Source: Candidatus Sulfomarinibacteraceae bacterium (GTDB lineage: Bacteria; Acidobacteriota; Thermoanaerobaculia; Thermoanaerobaculales; Sulfomarinibacteraceae). From it: DNA of 64,000 nt. Numbering within the stretch: position 1 is the stretch's first letter; each line of letters opens with the position of its first letter. Position numbers and translations under genes: made by a program. The stretch is taken from the NCBI GenBank assembly GCA_963776765.1, contig CAVZOK010000009.1, positions 60,750 to 124,749 of the forward strand. Reading direction: 5' to 3'. Shown piece by piece: positions 15,448 through 25,900 of the stretch. A model generated the notes under the pieces. That model searched no databases. It saw only the letters and a list, made by a program, of their open reading frames with translations, and was not told the origin of the DNA.

Positions 15448-17297
15448 AGGTCGAGGAGCTGCGGCGACGGTTTTCGGACCACGTCGTCGTCGGTGACGGC
15501 GGCACGGGATCGGAGCTCCTGCAGCGCCTTCCCGAAGGATCGCGCCTGGACGTTGCTGCGCACGAGCATCCTGAGGAGGTGCTCGCTATTCACCTGGCAT
15601 ATATCGAGGCGGGTGCCGAGCTCATCGAAACCGCTACGTTCGGCAGTTCGCGTCCTCGCATGGTCCGGGGCAGGGTCGGCAACCTCACCGAAAAGGTCAA
15701 TGCCGCGGCCGTCAAGCTGGCCCGCGAGGCGCGCGAGATCTCGGGCCGCGACGTGCTGGTCGCGGGGTCGATCGCGCCACTTGCCGGGGTCCTCGATCTC
15801 GACGAACCCGAAGGTCGAGCCATGATTCCGACCGCCCATGCGGAACAGGCAGCGATTTTGGCGGGTCGAGGTGCCGATCTTCTCATCCTCGAGACGTTCT
15901 TCCGGGTAGATGAAATGGCGATCGCGGTGGCGGCGGCACGCAGCGTCACCGATCTTCCGATGATCGGCATGATGACCTTCGCCCACGAACGGCCTCCCCA
16001 CCCCTATGTGGAGCAGGCGGAAATGGTCGACGAACTGGCTGAGCTCGATCTGGTGGCGATAGGTGTCAATTGCGCCCCGGGGCCGATGGGGGCGATCGAG
16101 ATTCTCCGCCACCTGAGCCAGGACAGGTTGCCGTTGGCGACGTCACCCAACGCCGGGATGATGGTCCAGCGGGAAGGCCGCATCCTGATGCCTCCGGCAA
16201 CCCCCAGCTACCTGGCGCAGTTCGCCCGCCAGGCGGTTGGCCTGGGTGCGGCTCTGATCGGTGGTTGCTGCGGCACCGGGACCGAACACATCCGCGCCAT
16301 CGCCGAGGCTGTTCGTGAGCTCAAGCCAGAGCTGCGCTCCGGGACATCCGTGGTGGTGCCGGAGAGCCCGCCGGCGCCGGAGCCAGTGAAACCCTCTTCC
16401 TCGCTCGCGACCAAACTCGAGCGTGGCCGTTTCGTGCGCCTGATACAGCTCGACCCGCCAAAGGGGACCAATGTCGAGGCGATCCTGGATGCCGCGACGG
16501 CAATCGCCGCTCATCCCGATGTCGATGCGGTCGATATCAACTCCAACCCCCTCGCACGCCTGCGAATGGACCCGCTCTTCCTCGGTCAACTGATTCAGCA
16601 ACGAACGGGCCTCGAGGCGGTGCCACACATCACGCCACGGGACGCGAGTTTGATGGGTCTACAGTCGCAACTCCTCGGCGCCTGGACCGGCGGGATCCGC
16701 AATGTTCTTGCGATCACCGGAGACCCCTCGCAACTCGGCGATCTTCCCGGTGTACACGATGTGTATCACGTGGACATATTCGAACTCGTGCGGGCGTTGT
16801 CGAGGATGTCCGAGGGTTTCGACTGCGCCGGCAATCGGATTGGTGATCCCCCCGGTTTCCTGATTGGTGTCGCAGCCAACCCTGCGGCGGACAACTTGCG
16901 GAAGGAAGCGGATCGCCTCCAGCGCAAGGCCGATAACGGCGCCCATTTCGCGATGAGCCAGGTGTGTTTCGACTGGGAGCTGTGGCAGAGATTCACCGAC
17001 TATTGTGGTGGCGAGCTTCCGATCCCGATGTTGGCCGCTGTGTGGCCGCTGCGGTCGTTCAAAATGGCGTTGCGATTGCACCATGAGGTGCCGGGCATCA
17101 TCGTGCCCGAGGATCTGCTCGCGTCGCTCGAAGCGGCAGGGGCCGGCGCCGCCGAGGTCGGGTACGAGCGCGCGGTACAAATGCTCCAGCAGGCCCCCGA
17201 ACATGCCGCCGGGGTCTACCTGATCGCGCCCTTCAAGCAGCCTCAGGCGATTCTTCCACTGATCGACGACGCACAGCAGAAGAGGAATGAGGAATGA
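15444..17297 (+). CDS. Bifunctional homocysteine S-methyltransferase / 5,10-methylenetetrahydrofolate reductase (YitJ-like)
   Basis: N-terminal Hcy-binding domain (GDGGTGSEL...IGGCCGTG) joined to a C-terminal MTHFR-like domain (HITPRD...LAITGDP...VAANP). The last codons and the stop lie inside a heptamer array. Confidence 0.85.
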   Translation: MKVEELRRRFSDHVVVGDGGTGSELLQRLPEGSRLDVAAHEHPEEVLAIHLAYIEAGAELIETATFGSSRPRMVRGRVGNLTEKVNAAAVKLAREAREISGRDVLVAGSIAPLAGVLDLDEPEGRAMIPTAHAEQAAILAGRGADLLILETFFRVDEMAIAVAAARSVTDLPMIGMMTFAHERPPHPYVEQAEMVDELAELDLVAIGVNCAPGPMGAIEILRHLSQDRLPLATSPNAGMMVQREGRILMPPATPSYLAQFARQAVGLGAALIGGCCGTGTEHIRAIAEAVRELKPELRSGTSVVVPESPPAPEPVKPSSSLATKLERGRFVRLIQLDPPKGTNVEAILDAATAIAAHPDVDAVDINSNPLARLRMDPLFLGQLIQQRTGLEAVPHITPRDASLMGLQSQLLGAWTGGIRNVLAITGDPSQLGDLPGVHDVYHVDIFELVRALSRMSEGFDCAGNRIGDPPGFLIGVAANPAADNLRKEADRLQRKADNGAHFAMSQVCFDWELWQRFTDYCGGELPIPMLAAVWPLRSFKMALRLHHEVPGIIVPEDLLASLEAAGAGAAEVGYERAVQMLQQAPEHAAGVYLIAPFKQPQAILPLIDDAQQKRNEE

Positions 17298-17317
17298 GAA
17301 ATGAGGAATTGCCACCC
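17283..17317 (-). repeat. Box+tail element (reverse orientation): (AGGAATG-type)x4 + GCCACCC
   Basis: aggaatgaggaatgagaaatgaggaattgccaccc overlaps codons for ...RNEE and the TGA (17295-17297) of the preceding gene. Confidence 0.9.
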
Positions 17318-17324
17318 TGTTTCA

Positions 17325-17344
17325 ATTTCGGATTTCGGATTTGC
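17325..17344 (-). repeat. Heptamer array (CGGATTT x2.5), homologous to reverse complement of 4350-4375
   Basis: atttcggatttcggatttgc is followed by agtcgg, as in the reverse complement of the 4331-4375 element, but the box is missing. Confidence 0.8.
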
Positions 17345-17441
17345 AGTCGGCCTCCGGCCGACGCGTCGCACCGTCGCCTGCGGGCGGCTCATGGCCTCCT
17401 CCTTCAGATGAGGCCTGATCCGCCTCAGCAGCCGCCGGCGG

Positions 17442-17469
17442 GTTCGGATTTCGGATTTCCCACCCACCC
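17442..17469 (-). repeat. Box+tail element (reverse orientation): (CGGATTT)x2.5 + CCCACCCACCC
   Basis: Read directly. Confidence 0.85.
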
Positions 17470-17569
17470 GCGCTTCGGAATCGGAAGCGCGTTGAGATGC
17501 ATGGGCGCAGTGACCGGAGGTTGCCTGAAATTGGCGTCTCTCGTGAAGTTTGTGCGTCTGCAGAAAAGC

Positions 17570-17581
17570 GTGTCATGACAC
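17570..17581. promoter_or_regulatory. 12-bp perfect palindrome GTGTCATGACAC upstream of metH (possible operator)
   Basis: Read directly, 62 nt upstream of the metH ATG. No known operator is assigned. Confidence 0.25.
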
Positions 17582-17642
17582 CGGATGGTGGCATTTCTTG
17601 TTGTCTGTCCTGTAATCTCGCTTGATTTGAGGGAGTTTGGAG

Positions 17643-20600
17643 ATGGTCAGACGAATCGCGAAAGATCGCCTGGTCGCTGCCGGGAGTGACCGGACGGACG
17701 AGCTGCGCGCGATCATGGCCGAGCGCATCCTGGTCCTCGACGGCGCCACCGGCACGATGCTGCAGGCGAAGGAGCTCGGGCCCGAGGATTTTGGCGGACC
17801 GGAGCTCGAAGGCTGCAACGAGATCCTGGTCCGTTCCCGGCCGGAAGTGATCCTCGATGTCCATAGGGCCTACCTTGCGGCCGGTGCCGACATCATCGAG
17901 ACCGACACCTTCGGCGGCACACCTTTGGTGTTGGCAGAGTACGGGCTCGAGTCCGACGCACGGGCGCTCAACCGGTTGGCCACCGAGCTCGCGGTCGAGG
18001 CCGCACGGGAAGCCGCGACGCCGGCAAAGCCGCGATTCGTGGCCGGGTCCATGGGGCCGACCACCAAAGCGATCTCGGTCACCGGCGGTATCACCTTTGC
18101 GGAGCTGGTGTGGACCTTCCGCGAGCAGGCGCGTGGGCTTCTCGAGGGTGGGGCCGACCTCCTCTTCATCGAGACCTGTCAGGACACCCGCAACACCAAA
18201 GCGGCCCTGATCGCGGTCGAGGAGGCGTTTGCGGAGGCAGGTGTGCGCCGGCAGGTGGTTGTGTCGGGGACGATCGAAACATCCGGCACGATGCTCGGCG
18301 GCCAGGCCGCCGATGCCTTCCTGGCTTCCATCGAGCATGCCGAGCTGATGGCGGTCGGTCTCAACTGCGCCACTGGGCCCGATCTGATGACCGATCACCT
18401 GCGCACCATCCACGAACGGTCACGCTTCGAGGTGTCGTGTTTCCCCAACGCCGGCCTGCCGGATCAAGATGGCGTGTACCCGGAAACTCCCGAAAGCCTC
18501 GCGGCCGCGCTCGAGCGTTTTGTCGATGCCGGGTGGCTGAACATCGTCGGTGGCTGCTGCGGCACCGATGCCGGCCACACGGCGGCGATGGCTGCGATGG
18601 TCGAGGGCCGGCGGCCGCGGCCATCCGGTGCGGGACCGGAGCGACGTGCGGTCTATACCGGGATCGACCTGATCGAGCCAAATGAGGACAACAGGCCGCT
18701 TCTGGTGGGTGAGCGAACCAACGTCATAGGCTCGAAGAAATTCCGCGAGATGGTCGGCGCCGGCGATTGGGACGAGGCGACCGAGATCGCTCGCCGGCAG
18801 GTCAAGGGCGGCGCCCAAATCATCGATATCTGTCTGCAATCGACCGAGGGCGACGAAAAGACCGCGGTCCGTGAGCTCTACGACCGGGTCGGCCGCGCGA
18901 TCAAGGTGCCGATCATGATCGACTCGACCGATACCGAGGCGATCGAGGTCGCGCTCACTTATTGCCAGGGCAAGTCGATCGTCAATTCGATCAACCTCGA
19001 GGACGGCGAGGAGAAGCTCGAGGCCGTCGTGCCGCTGCTCAGGCGCTACGGCGGGGCGGTGATCTTCGGGGTCATCGACGAGGACGCACAGCAGGCGCAG
19101 GCCTTCACCCGCGAGCGAAAGCTCGAGATCGCCCGCCGGGCGCATCAGCTCGTCACCGAAAAGTACGGGATTTCCGAAACCGATATCATCTTCGATCCGC
19201 TGGTTTTTCCGGCGGCGAGCGGTGACGAGAGCTACATCGGCGGAGCGGTCGAAACCATCGAGGGTCTACGGCTGATCAAAGAGGCTCTCCCCGCCTGTCC
19301 GACCGTGCTCGGCATTTCCAATGTCTCCTTCGGCCTTCCGATCCGTGCCAGGGAGATCGTCAATTCGGTCTTCCTCTACCTGTGCACCAAGGCGGGCCTC
19401 GATCTGGCAATCGTCAACACCGAGCGCCTGGAGCGCTACGCGGCGATTCCCGAGGAGGAGCGGCGAATGGCCGAGGCCCTGCTCTTCAACCATCCGCCGG
19501 CGGCGGGGGAGACAGACGATCCGGAATTGACCACAGCGCCAGAGGATTGGAGACAGCAGTCGCCCGAGCAGCGGGCGGCCATCCATCAGCACCACATCAC
19601 CCACCTCAGCGACCATTTCCGGGGGGCAAAGCGCGAAGCCGTCGTGCGTCCCGAACAGCCGCTTGATGAGCGCCTGGCAGGCTACATCGTCGATGGTAGC
19701 CGCTCCGGGCTGCGCGAAGATCTCGATCTGAAGCTGGCCGAGGGCATGCTGCCGCTCGATATCATCAACGGGCCGTTGATGGCTGGGATGACCGAGGTCG
19801 GACGGCTCTTCAACGCCAACGAGTTGATCGTCGCCGAGGTCTTGCAGAGCGCTGAAGCGATGAAGGCAGCGGTTTCACACCTCGAACAGTTCATGGACGC
19901 CGAGACCTCGGCGGCCCGTGGCCGGGTGGTTCTCGCCACAGTCAAGGGGGATGTCCACGACATCGGCAAGAACCTGGTCGAAATCATCTTTGCCAATAAC
20001 GGTTTCGAGGTCATCGATCTCGGGATCAAGGTCGTGCCGGAGAGCCTGGTGCAGGCGGTGCGCGAGCACCGGCCGGACGCCGTCGGTCTGTCCGGTCTGC
20101 TGGTCAAATCCGCGCAGCAGATGGTGGTGACGGCCGGGGATCTGGCCGCCGCCGGGATCGATCTGCCGATTCTGGTCGGCGGCGCAGCGCTCTCCAAACG
20201 CTTCACGGAAGAACGCATTGCTCCGACCTATGGTGGTTCGGTTATCTACTGTTCGGACGCCATGGCGGGACTCGACACCATGCTTCGGATCGCGAGGGAC
20301 GGGGGCATTGCGGCCCCGTCGGAGGCCCCGAGACCGACGGGCGCGCCAGCGAAGCGACCCGCCCGTCCGCGGCCTGTTTCTGCTGGGCCGGCCATCCGCT
20401 CCGACATCGACCCTCTGCCACCGCCGCGCCCGGATCGCGTCGTGTGGTCACCGGTGGAGGATCTGCGCGAGGTCTGGTCCTGTATCAACCCTCAAATGCT
20501 CTACGGCAAGCATCTGGGCCTGCGCGGCAGCTTTGCCCGGCTCCTCGAGGCGGGTGATGTCAAGGCGGAGAAGTTGGATGCCGTGGTTGAGTCGCTCAAG

Positions 20601-21212
20601 GACGAGGTTGAGGCCTGGATGCGGGTGCGGGCGGTGTGGCGCTTCTACGAAGCCGAGCCGGATGGCGAGGCGATCCGCCTCTTCGAGCCCGGCTCGGAAA
20701 CAGCGGCCCATACTTTTGTCTTCGGTCGCCAAGCGAAGCCTGGAGGCCTGTGTCTTTCAGACTTTGTCGTCAAGCCTTCGGGAAGGGTTCGTGACTCGGT
20801 CGCCCTCTTTGTTGTCAGTGCCGGCGAAGATGTGCGTCAGCGTTCAACAGCCGCGAAGGAGGCGGGGGAGTACCTCGAGAGCCACGCGATCCAGGCTCTC
20901 GCCATCGAGACGGCCGAGGCCGCGGCGGAGTGGCTCCACGCCAGGCTGCGCGAGGAGTGGGGTTTCCCTGACCCGCCGGAGATGGTGATGAAGGACCGGT
21001 TTGCTGCACGTTACCGGGGCAAACGCTTTAGCTTTGGTTACCCGGCATGTCCCGACCTCGATGACCAAGCCGCACTGTGGCGTCTCCTCAATCCGCAGGA
21101 AATCGGGGTCAGCCTCACCGATGGGATGATGATGGAGCCAGAAGCCAGCGTGTCTGCGATTGTGTTTCATCATCCCGACGCACGGTACTTCTCGGTGAGC
21201 GGGAGGCGCTGA
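17643..21212 (+). CDS. metH: Cobalamin-dependent methionine synthase
   Basis: Full domain order is present: Hcy-binding (LDGATGTMLQ...GGCCGT), pterin-binding, B12-binding (GDVHDIGKN) and AdoMet-activation domains. GGGAG RBS 7 nt before the ATG at 17643. Confidence 0.95.
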   Translation: MVRRIAKDRLVAAGSDRTDELRAIMAERILVLDGATGTMLQAKELGPEDFGGPELEGCNEILVRSRPEVILDVHRAYLAAGADIIETDTFGGTPLVLAEYGLESDARALNRLATELAVEAAREAATPAKPRFVAGSMGPTTKAISVTGGITFAELVWTFREQARGLLEGGADLLFIETCQDTRNTKAALIAVEEAFAEAGVRRQVVVSGTIETSGTMLGGQAADAFLASIEHAELMAVGLNCATGPDLMTDHLRTIHERSRFEVSCFPNAGLPDQDGVYPETPESLAAALERFVDAGWLNIVGGCCGTDAGHTAAMAAMVEGRRPRPSGAGPERRAVYTGIDLIEPNEDNRPLLVGERTNVIGSKKFREMVGAGDWDEATEIARRQVKGGAQIIDICLQSTEGDEKTAVRELYDRVGRAIKVPIMIDSTDTEAIEVALTYCQGKSIVNSINLEDGEEKLEAVVPLLRRYGGAVIFGVIDEDAQQAQAFTRERKLEIARRAHQLVTEKYGISETDIIFDPLVFPAASGDESYIGGAVETIEGLRLIKEALPACPTVLGISNVSFGLPIRAREIVNSVFLYLCTKAGLDLAIVNTERLERYAAIPEEERRMAEALLFNHPPAAGETDDPELTTAPEDWRQQSPEQRAAIHQHHITHLSDHFRGAKREAVVRPEQPLDERLAGYIVDGSRSGLREDLDLKLAEGMLPLDIINGPLMAGMTEVGRLFNANELIVAEVLQSAEAMKAAVSHLEQFMDAETSAARGRVVLATVKGDVHDIGKNLVEIIFANNGFEVIDLGIKVVPESLVQAVREHRPDAVGLSGLLVKSAQQMVVTAGDLAAAGIDLPILVGGAALSKRFTEERIAPTYGGSVIYCSDAMAGLDTMLRIARDGGIAAPSEAPRPTGAPAKRPARPRPVSAGPAIRSDIDPLPPPRPDRVVWSPVEDLREVWSCINPQMLYGKHLGLRGSFARLLEAGDVKAEKLDAVVESLKDEVEAWMRVRAVWRFYEAEPDGEAIRLFEPGSETAAHTFVFGRQAKPGGLCLSDFVVKPSGRVRDSVALFVVSAGEDVRQRSTAAKEAGEYLESHAIQALAIETAEAAAEWLHARLREEWGFPDPPEMVMKDRFAARYRGKRFSFGYPACPDLDDQAALWRLLNPQEIGVSLTDGMMMEPEASVSAIVFHHPDARYFSVSGRR

Positions 21213-21214
21213 CG

Positions 21215-21263
21215 ATAATTAGGAGTTAGGAATGAGGAATTAGGAATTCCCATCCAACGCCCC
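21215..21263 (-). repeat. Box+tail element (reverse orientation): (TTAGGAA/TGAGGAA)x4.5 + CCCATCCAACGCCCC
   Basis: Starts 3 nt after the metH stop codon. Confidence 0.9.
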
Positions 21264-21283
21264 AGGGATCTCAACTTCATGCC

Positions 21284-21330
21284 GGGAGGGTGGGCGGCAT
21301 TCCTAATTCCTCATTCCTAATTCCTCATTC
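21284..21330 (+). repeat. Box+tail element: GGGAGGGTGGGCGG + (CATTCCT/AATTCCT)x4.7; inverted partner of 21215-21263
   Basis: The two tails are mutually complementary, giving a potential ~30-bp stem between metH and the REC-lpxC gene. Confidence 0.9.
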
Positions 21331-21386
21331 GAGACCGTACGGTCTCTCTTGACCGGCACGCGACGAAGCTGCACACTTGCACAACG

Positions 21387-22682
21387 ATGAATGAACTCAT
21401 TTTGATTGTTGATGACGAGACCGGGATTCTGACCACACTGTCGCAGATCCTCGGCGACGAGGGGTACCGCACGGCGGTGACGACGAGCGGTGAAGAGGCC
21501 CTCCATCTGTTCCGCGAACAGCGGCCGGACGTCGTCTTCCTCGATATCTGGCTGCCCGATTGGGACGGCCTCGAGACGCTCCAGGCACTTCGGGACGTCG
21601 ATCCGCACGCGATGGTCATCATGATGTCCGGCCACGGAACATCGGAGACCGCGGTCAAGGCGATCAAGATGGGCGCCCACGACTACCTCGAAAAGCCGCT
21701 TTCGTACGACCGCACCCTCAAAGCCGTCAGGGACGCCCTGTCCACAAAACAGGCCAAGATCGAAGCTGAGGGTGCCGGGGTCCTCGAGGAAAGCCGTGCG
21801 AGGATCGAGCCGGTCATGAAGTTCGAGCCCCCACCCGAGCTGCCGATTCTGGAGACAACCGAACGCAACCAGAAGACGATCCGCGACGCCAGCGTGATCT
21901 ATGGGCTCGGCCTCCATTCGGGCGGTCGCACCGGGATGGTGATCCAACCGCTGCCCCCGGACACCGGGATCCACTTCATCACCCTGCCGAGCGGTGTCAC
22001 GATGCCCGCCCACGTAAGCTCGGTGGCGGAGACCGATTATGCGACGACGCTCACCCGTGACGGCGAGAGCATTCGAACGGTTGAGCACCTGTTGTCAGCA
22101 CTGCACGCGTGCGGTGTCACCAATCTGCTGGTAAAGGTCCATGGCGAGATCCCGGTCCTCGACGGTTCGGCCCTGAGCTTCCTCGAGCGCCTCGAGAAGG
22201 TTGGGATTGTCGAACAGGATGCGCCCGTCAAGGAGTTGGTCATCGATCGTCGTTATGAGGTCGGTGAGGGTGACAAATCGCTGATCGTCGAACCGTCCGA
22301 TACCTTTTCTGTCTCCTATCAATTGCGGTATCCGCCGCCAGTGGGTGACCAGTTCTACGACTTCGAGATGTCAGAGTGCGAGGCATTCCGCGAACAGATT
22401 GCGCCCGCCAGGACCTTCGGGTTCATGCGCGACCTCAAGATGATCAACGAACTCGGCCTCGGCACTGGTGGTCGCCTCGACAATTTCATTCTGGTCGGAG
22501 AGGACAACGTCATCAACACGGATCTTCGTTTCCCTGACGAGTTCGTGCGCCACAAGATCCTCGATATCATAGGAGATCTCTACATGCTCGGCTATCCGGT
22601 GCGCGGCAAGGTTACGGCCAATCTCACCGGCCACCGCGACAACATCGAGATCCAACGCCGGATCCTCGCCGCCAACACCTGA
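21387..22682 (+). CDS. lpxC: Response-regulator receiver domain fused to UDP-3-O-acyl-GlcNAc deacetylase
   Basis: Residues 1-~120 form a CheY-like REC domain (DD at 9-10, FLD at D53, S81, K103). Residues ~160-431 are LpxC with TVEHLLSAL (Glu/His), HKILDIIGDL (His/Asp) and GHRDN motifs. Confidence 0.9.
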   Translation: MNELILIVDDETGILTTLSQILGDEGYRTAVTTSGEEALHLFREQRPDVVFLDIWLPDWDGLETLQALRDVDPHAMVIMMSGHGTSETAVKAIKMGAHDYLEKPLSYDRTLKAVRDALSTKQAKIEAEGAGVLEESRARIEPVMKFEPPPELPILETTERNQKTIRDASVIYGLGLHSGGRTGMVIQPLPPDTGIHFITLPSGVTMPAHVSSVAETDYATTLTRDGESIRTVEHLLSALHACGVTNLLVKVHGEIPVLDGSALSFLERLEKVGIVEQDAPVKELVIDRRYEVGEGDKSLIVEPSDTFSVSYQLRYPPPVGDQFYDFEMSECEAFREQIAPARTFGFMRDLKMINELGLGTGGRLDNFILVGEDNVINTDLRFPDEFVRHKILDIIGDLYMLGYPVRGKVTANLTGHRDNIEIQRRILAANT

Positions 22683-22929
22683 CGACCCGGTTCCGACCTG
22701 GACTTTCGAATCTCGAATGTGGTCACAGCTCCAGGCAAATGATCATGGATCGACCCGGGGAACGCCAGTATGACCTGCCGGTGATGGCAAACGATTCGGT
22801 TAGCGAGTGATCCGCGCCACAGACTGACCCAGGACCGAGCACTAGGTTGAGTATCGGAGCGATGGACTCCGAAGGCGGATCGAACCGCAGTACCTGAAGT
22901 GGTCGTGGTTTGATCAGAGGAGGGCGTAA

Positions 22930-25900
22930 ATGTTGACCCGAGGAACGATGTCCGGGAGAGGTGTGTCTTCAGTGCAATGCGGTGTATTCGTGATGTGCGC
23001 ATTCTTTCTGGTGGTGGGTGCTGGATCGGCTCTCGAGGTCGAACATCGTTTTGAATACGGGGCGCCAGTTGTGATTGAGTACGTGGGCGAGTCACAGATC
23101 GTGAGGCAACTCGACAGCGGCGGGACCGGACGAGCATTGGCTCATGGCGATTTTGACGAGGACGGGGTGCCGGATCTCGCCGTGCTCGTATCAACCTCGA
23201 GTGGTGGTGCTCTGGTTGTTCACCGTGGGAATGTCGATGCGATCTATCCGAACACTCTTGAAGCGAAGGCAAGAAGGCCGGGCGGTGACGCAAGGGTTCC
23301 CAAGTTTGTGGCGCCGGCTCGGGTATGGGCTACCGTCGCAGCTGCCGATTCTCTGGCCGCGGGTGATTTCAATGCCGACGGTCATCTGGATCTGCTGGTC
23401 GCTACCGTTGGTCGCGATGAGCTGCGTGTGCACCTGGGTAACGGTCAGGGCGCTTTTGCTGGCGCGGGAGTCGTTCGCCTGCCCGGAGAGCTCACAGCGC
23501 TGACCTCGGGCGAGGTCAATCGTCGAGATGGTCTTGCCGATGTGGTGGCAGCCGTGCGGACCCCGAACGGATCGCAGCTGCTGATCTTTGAAGATCCCGC
23601 GGGGGCGTTCGCCGAAGCGCCGGACGTAGTGGATTTCGAGAGAGTGGCTACCGATCTCTCCCTGGGCGAACTCGACGGGTTCTCCGGGGTTGATCTCGCA
23701 ATCCTCGCGAAGACTGACCTGTTCATTCTTCATGGCAGCGATGGATGGCAAGAGAACGAGCCCACGATTTCGACCGTGGCAGACCCCATCCGACTGCCAT
23801 TCCCTGTCGCGACAATGGTGATTGGCGACTTCGTGAGCAGTGGTTCGCTGCACCGTGAGCTTGCCGTCCTCTCCGATCGCGGAGCGGTTCATCTGGTGAA
23901 CTATTTTGGACAGGAACAGGGTGCAAAGTCTTTTTCGATCGAGGGTGTCGACGAGGATGGTTGGATTCCCCTTGACGCACCGAACTGGAGGCTCAGTCGC
24001 GAGATTGCATGCCTCGAGGGTTCTCCGCATGTGGCCGACGGTGAAAGATATTTACGCGCTCGGCTCGTGGGGGGATCGAGGGACGGTCTCGTGGTTGTCG
24101 ACGCCGATGGTGGACGCCTTCATTTTTTGACACCAGCGACGTCGCCGGCGCCGAAACATACGAGCACCCGGCCATTTCAATTGGTGCCGTCCTCGCTGCC
24201 GATAGCATCGGGCGGATCTGGAGGAGCTCTCAAGAAATTTCGTGAGGCTGACGACTCAGGTACTGAAGCCCTGAAGCCACCGTCACTTTCGGTTGCTGCA
24301 GTTGCCACCATGTCGGCGCCCCGTGGTGCATTGGCGATGCGGCTGAACAGTGACGCTCTCAGCGACCTGGTGGTGGTGGTCGATGGTCGTCCAGAACCGG
24401 TTGTCATGACCTCAAAGGCGGGCGAGATCGTGGTCGTGGACTCGACGACCGATATCGTCGATGGTGGAACGACATCGATCAGTGATCTCAACGCGAGTCC
24501 TGGAGCTGACGGCGTCATCAGCTTGCGAGAGGCGATCACCGCGGCCAACAACACCGTTGGCGCGGATACTGTCAATTTCAACATTCCGGTGGACACCGAT
24601 GCCGGATGTGATGTTGGATCCGGAGTGTGCACGATCCAGCCGGGCGGATATGGTCTGCCGACGATTACCCAGCCGATTACGATCGACGGGACCAGTCAAC
24701 CGACGTTCGCATCGACACCGGTGATCGAAATCGACGGAAGCCTTGCGTTGACTGACGCCACCGGTGTTGCCATCAACGTCGGCAATTCGACGATCCGAGG
24801 ATTGGTGATCAACAGCTTTCTGACGAACTCGGATATCGTCATGTGGGGTGCGGGAAACAATGTGGTCGAGGGCAATTTCCTGGGTGTCGATCCGACTGGC
24901 ACGTCGAATCGGACGACCACAAACTCCGTGCACGTCTACGCGATCTCGAACAACACTATCGGAGGGACAACGACTGCCGCCAGAAATGTCATTTCGGGTA
25001 ACACGAGCCCTGCGGTCGCTCTGAATGCCGGGGCCTCGTACAATTTCGTGCAAGGCAACTTCATCGGCACCGATCTGACGGGCACGGTTGCTCTCGGAAA
25101 TAGTGGCAACGATATCGTAACTCTGGACTCGCCGAACAACACGATCGGCGGCACGGCAGCGGGCGCGGGCAATCTCATCTCCGGCAACCTGGATTCGGAC
25201 TTTGCAAGCGTTGGTCTCGGATTTCCCTCGTCCACTGGAAATCTCGTGCAAGGGAATTTCGTCGGTACGGACATTACTGGGACCATCGATATGGGCGGCG
25301 CCAGCATCGGCGTTTACATTGCCGAAGGTTCGACCAACACCATCGGTGGTACGACGCCGTCAGCCGCCAACCTGATCTCTGGCGGGGACTCTGCGGGCGT
25401 CGGGATCGCTGACGCAAGTGGAAATTTCATCCAGGGGAATCTCATCGGTACTCAGGTGGACGGAGTGACGCCTCTTCCAAATAGTTCGCACGGAGTTTTG
25501 ATTTACTCCGGGGCGGGGAACAACCTTGTCGGCGGCCGTACGGCCGGTGCCGGCAATACCATTGCATTCAACGGGGCGAGCGGGGTCGATCTTCGCGGTG
25601 ACGCAGGAGTCGGGAATGCCATCGCCGGAAACTCCATCTTTGGCAATGCAGCGCTGGGTATCAACTTCTGTTCCGACTATGACGTCGACAACCTGGTCTG
25701 TAACGATGCGACAGCCGTCACACCGAACGACCCGAACGACCCGGACACGGGTGCCAATAATCTCCAGAACTTCCCTGATCTGACCACCGTTCTCAGCGGA
25801 TCCACCGTCCAAGGCTCCCTCGACAGCATCCCGAGTTCGGATTTCACGATTGATTTCTATGCGAGCTCGGTCTGTGACCCATCTGGCTACGGTGAAGGCG

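Noticed and set aside
17298-17642. Riboswitch (cobalamin, SAM or SAH) in the 345-nt leader of metH
   Set aside because: I could find no B12 box or SAM-I/II or SAH core motifs. The region is largely occupied by box+tail repeats. Only a 12-bp palindrome (17570-17581) stands out, and it is listed as a weak regulatory feature.
22863-22893. tRNA-like 3' fragment on the minus strand (GCGGTTCGATCCGCC-TTCGGAG-T-CCA), a possible tRNA or integration-site relic
   Set aside because: The T-arm cannot form a 5-bp stem with a 7-nt loop. No matching 5' acceptor strand (CTCCGAA), D-arm or anticodon arm lies upstream. No integrase is nearby.
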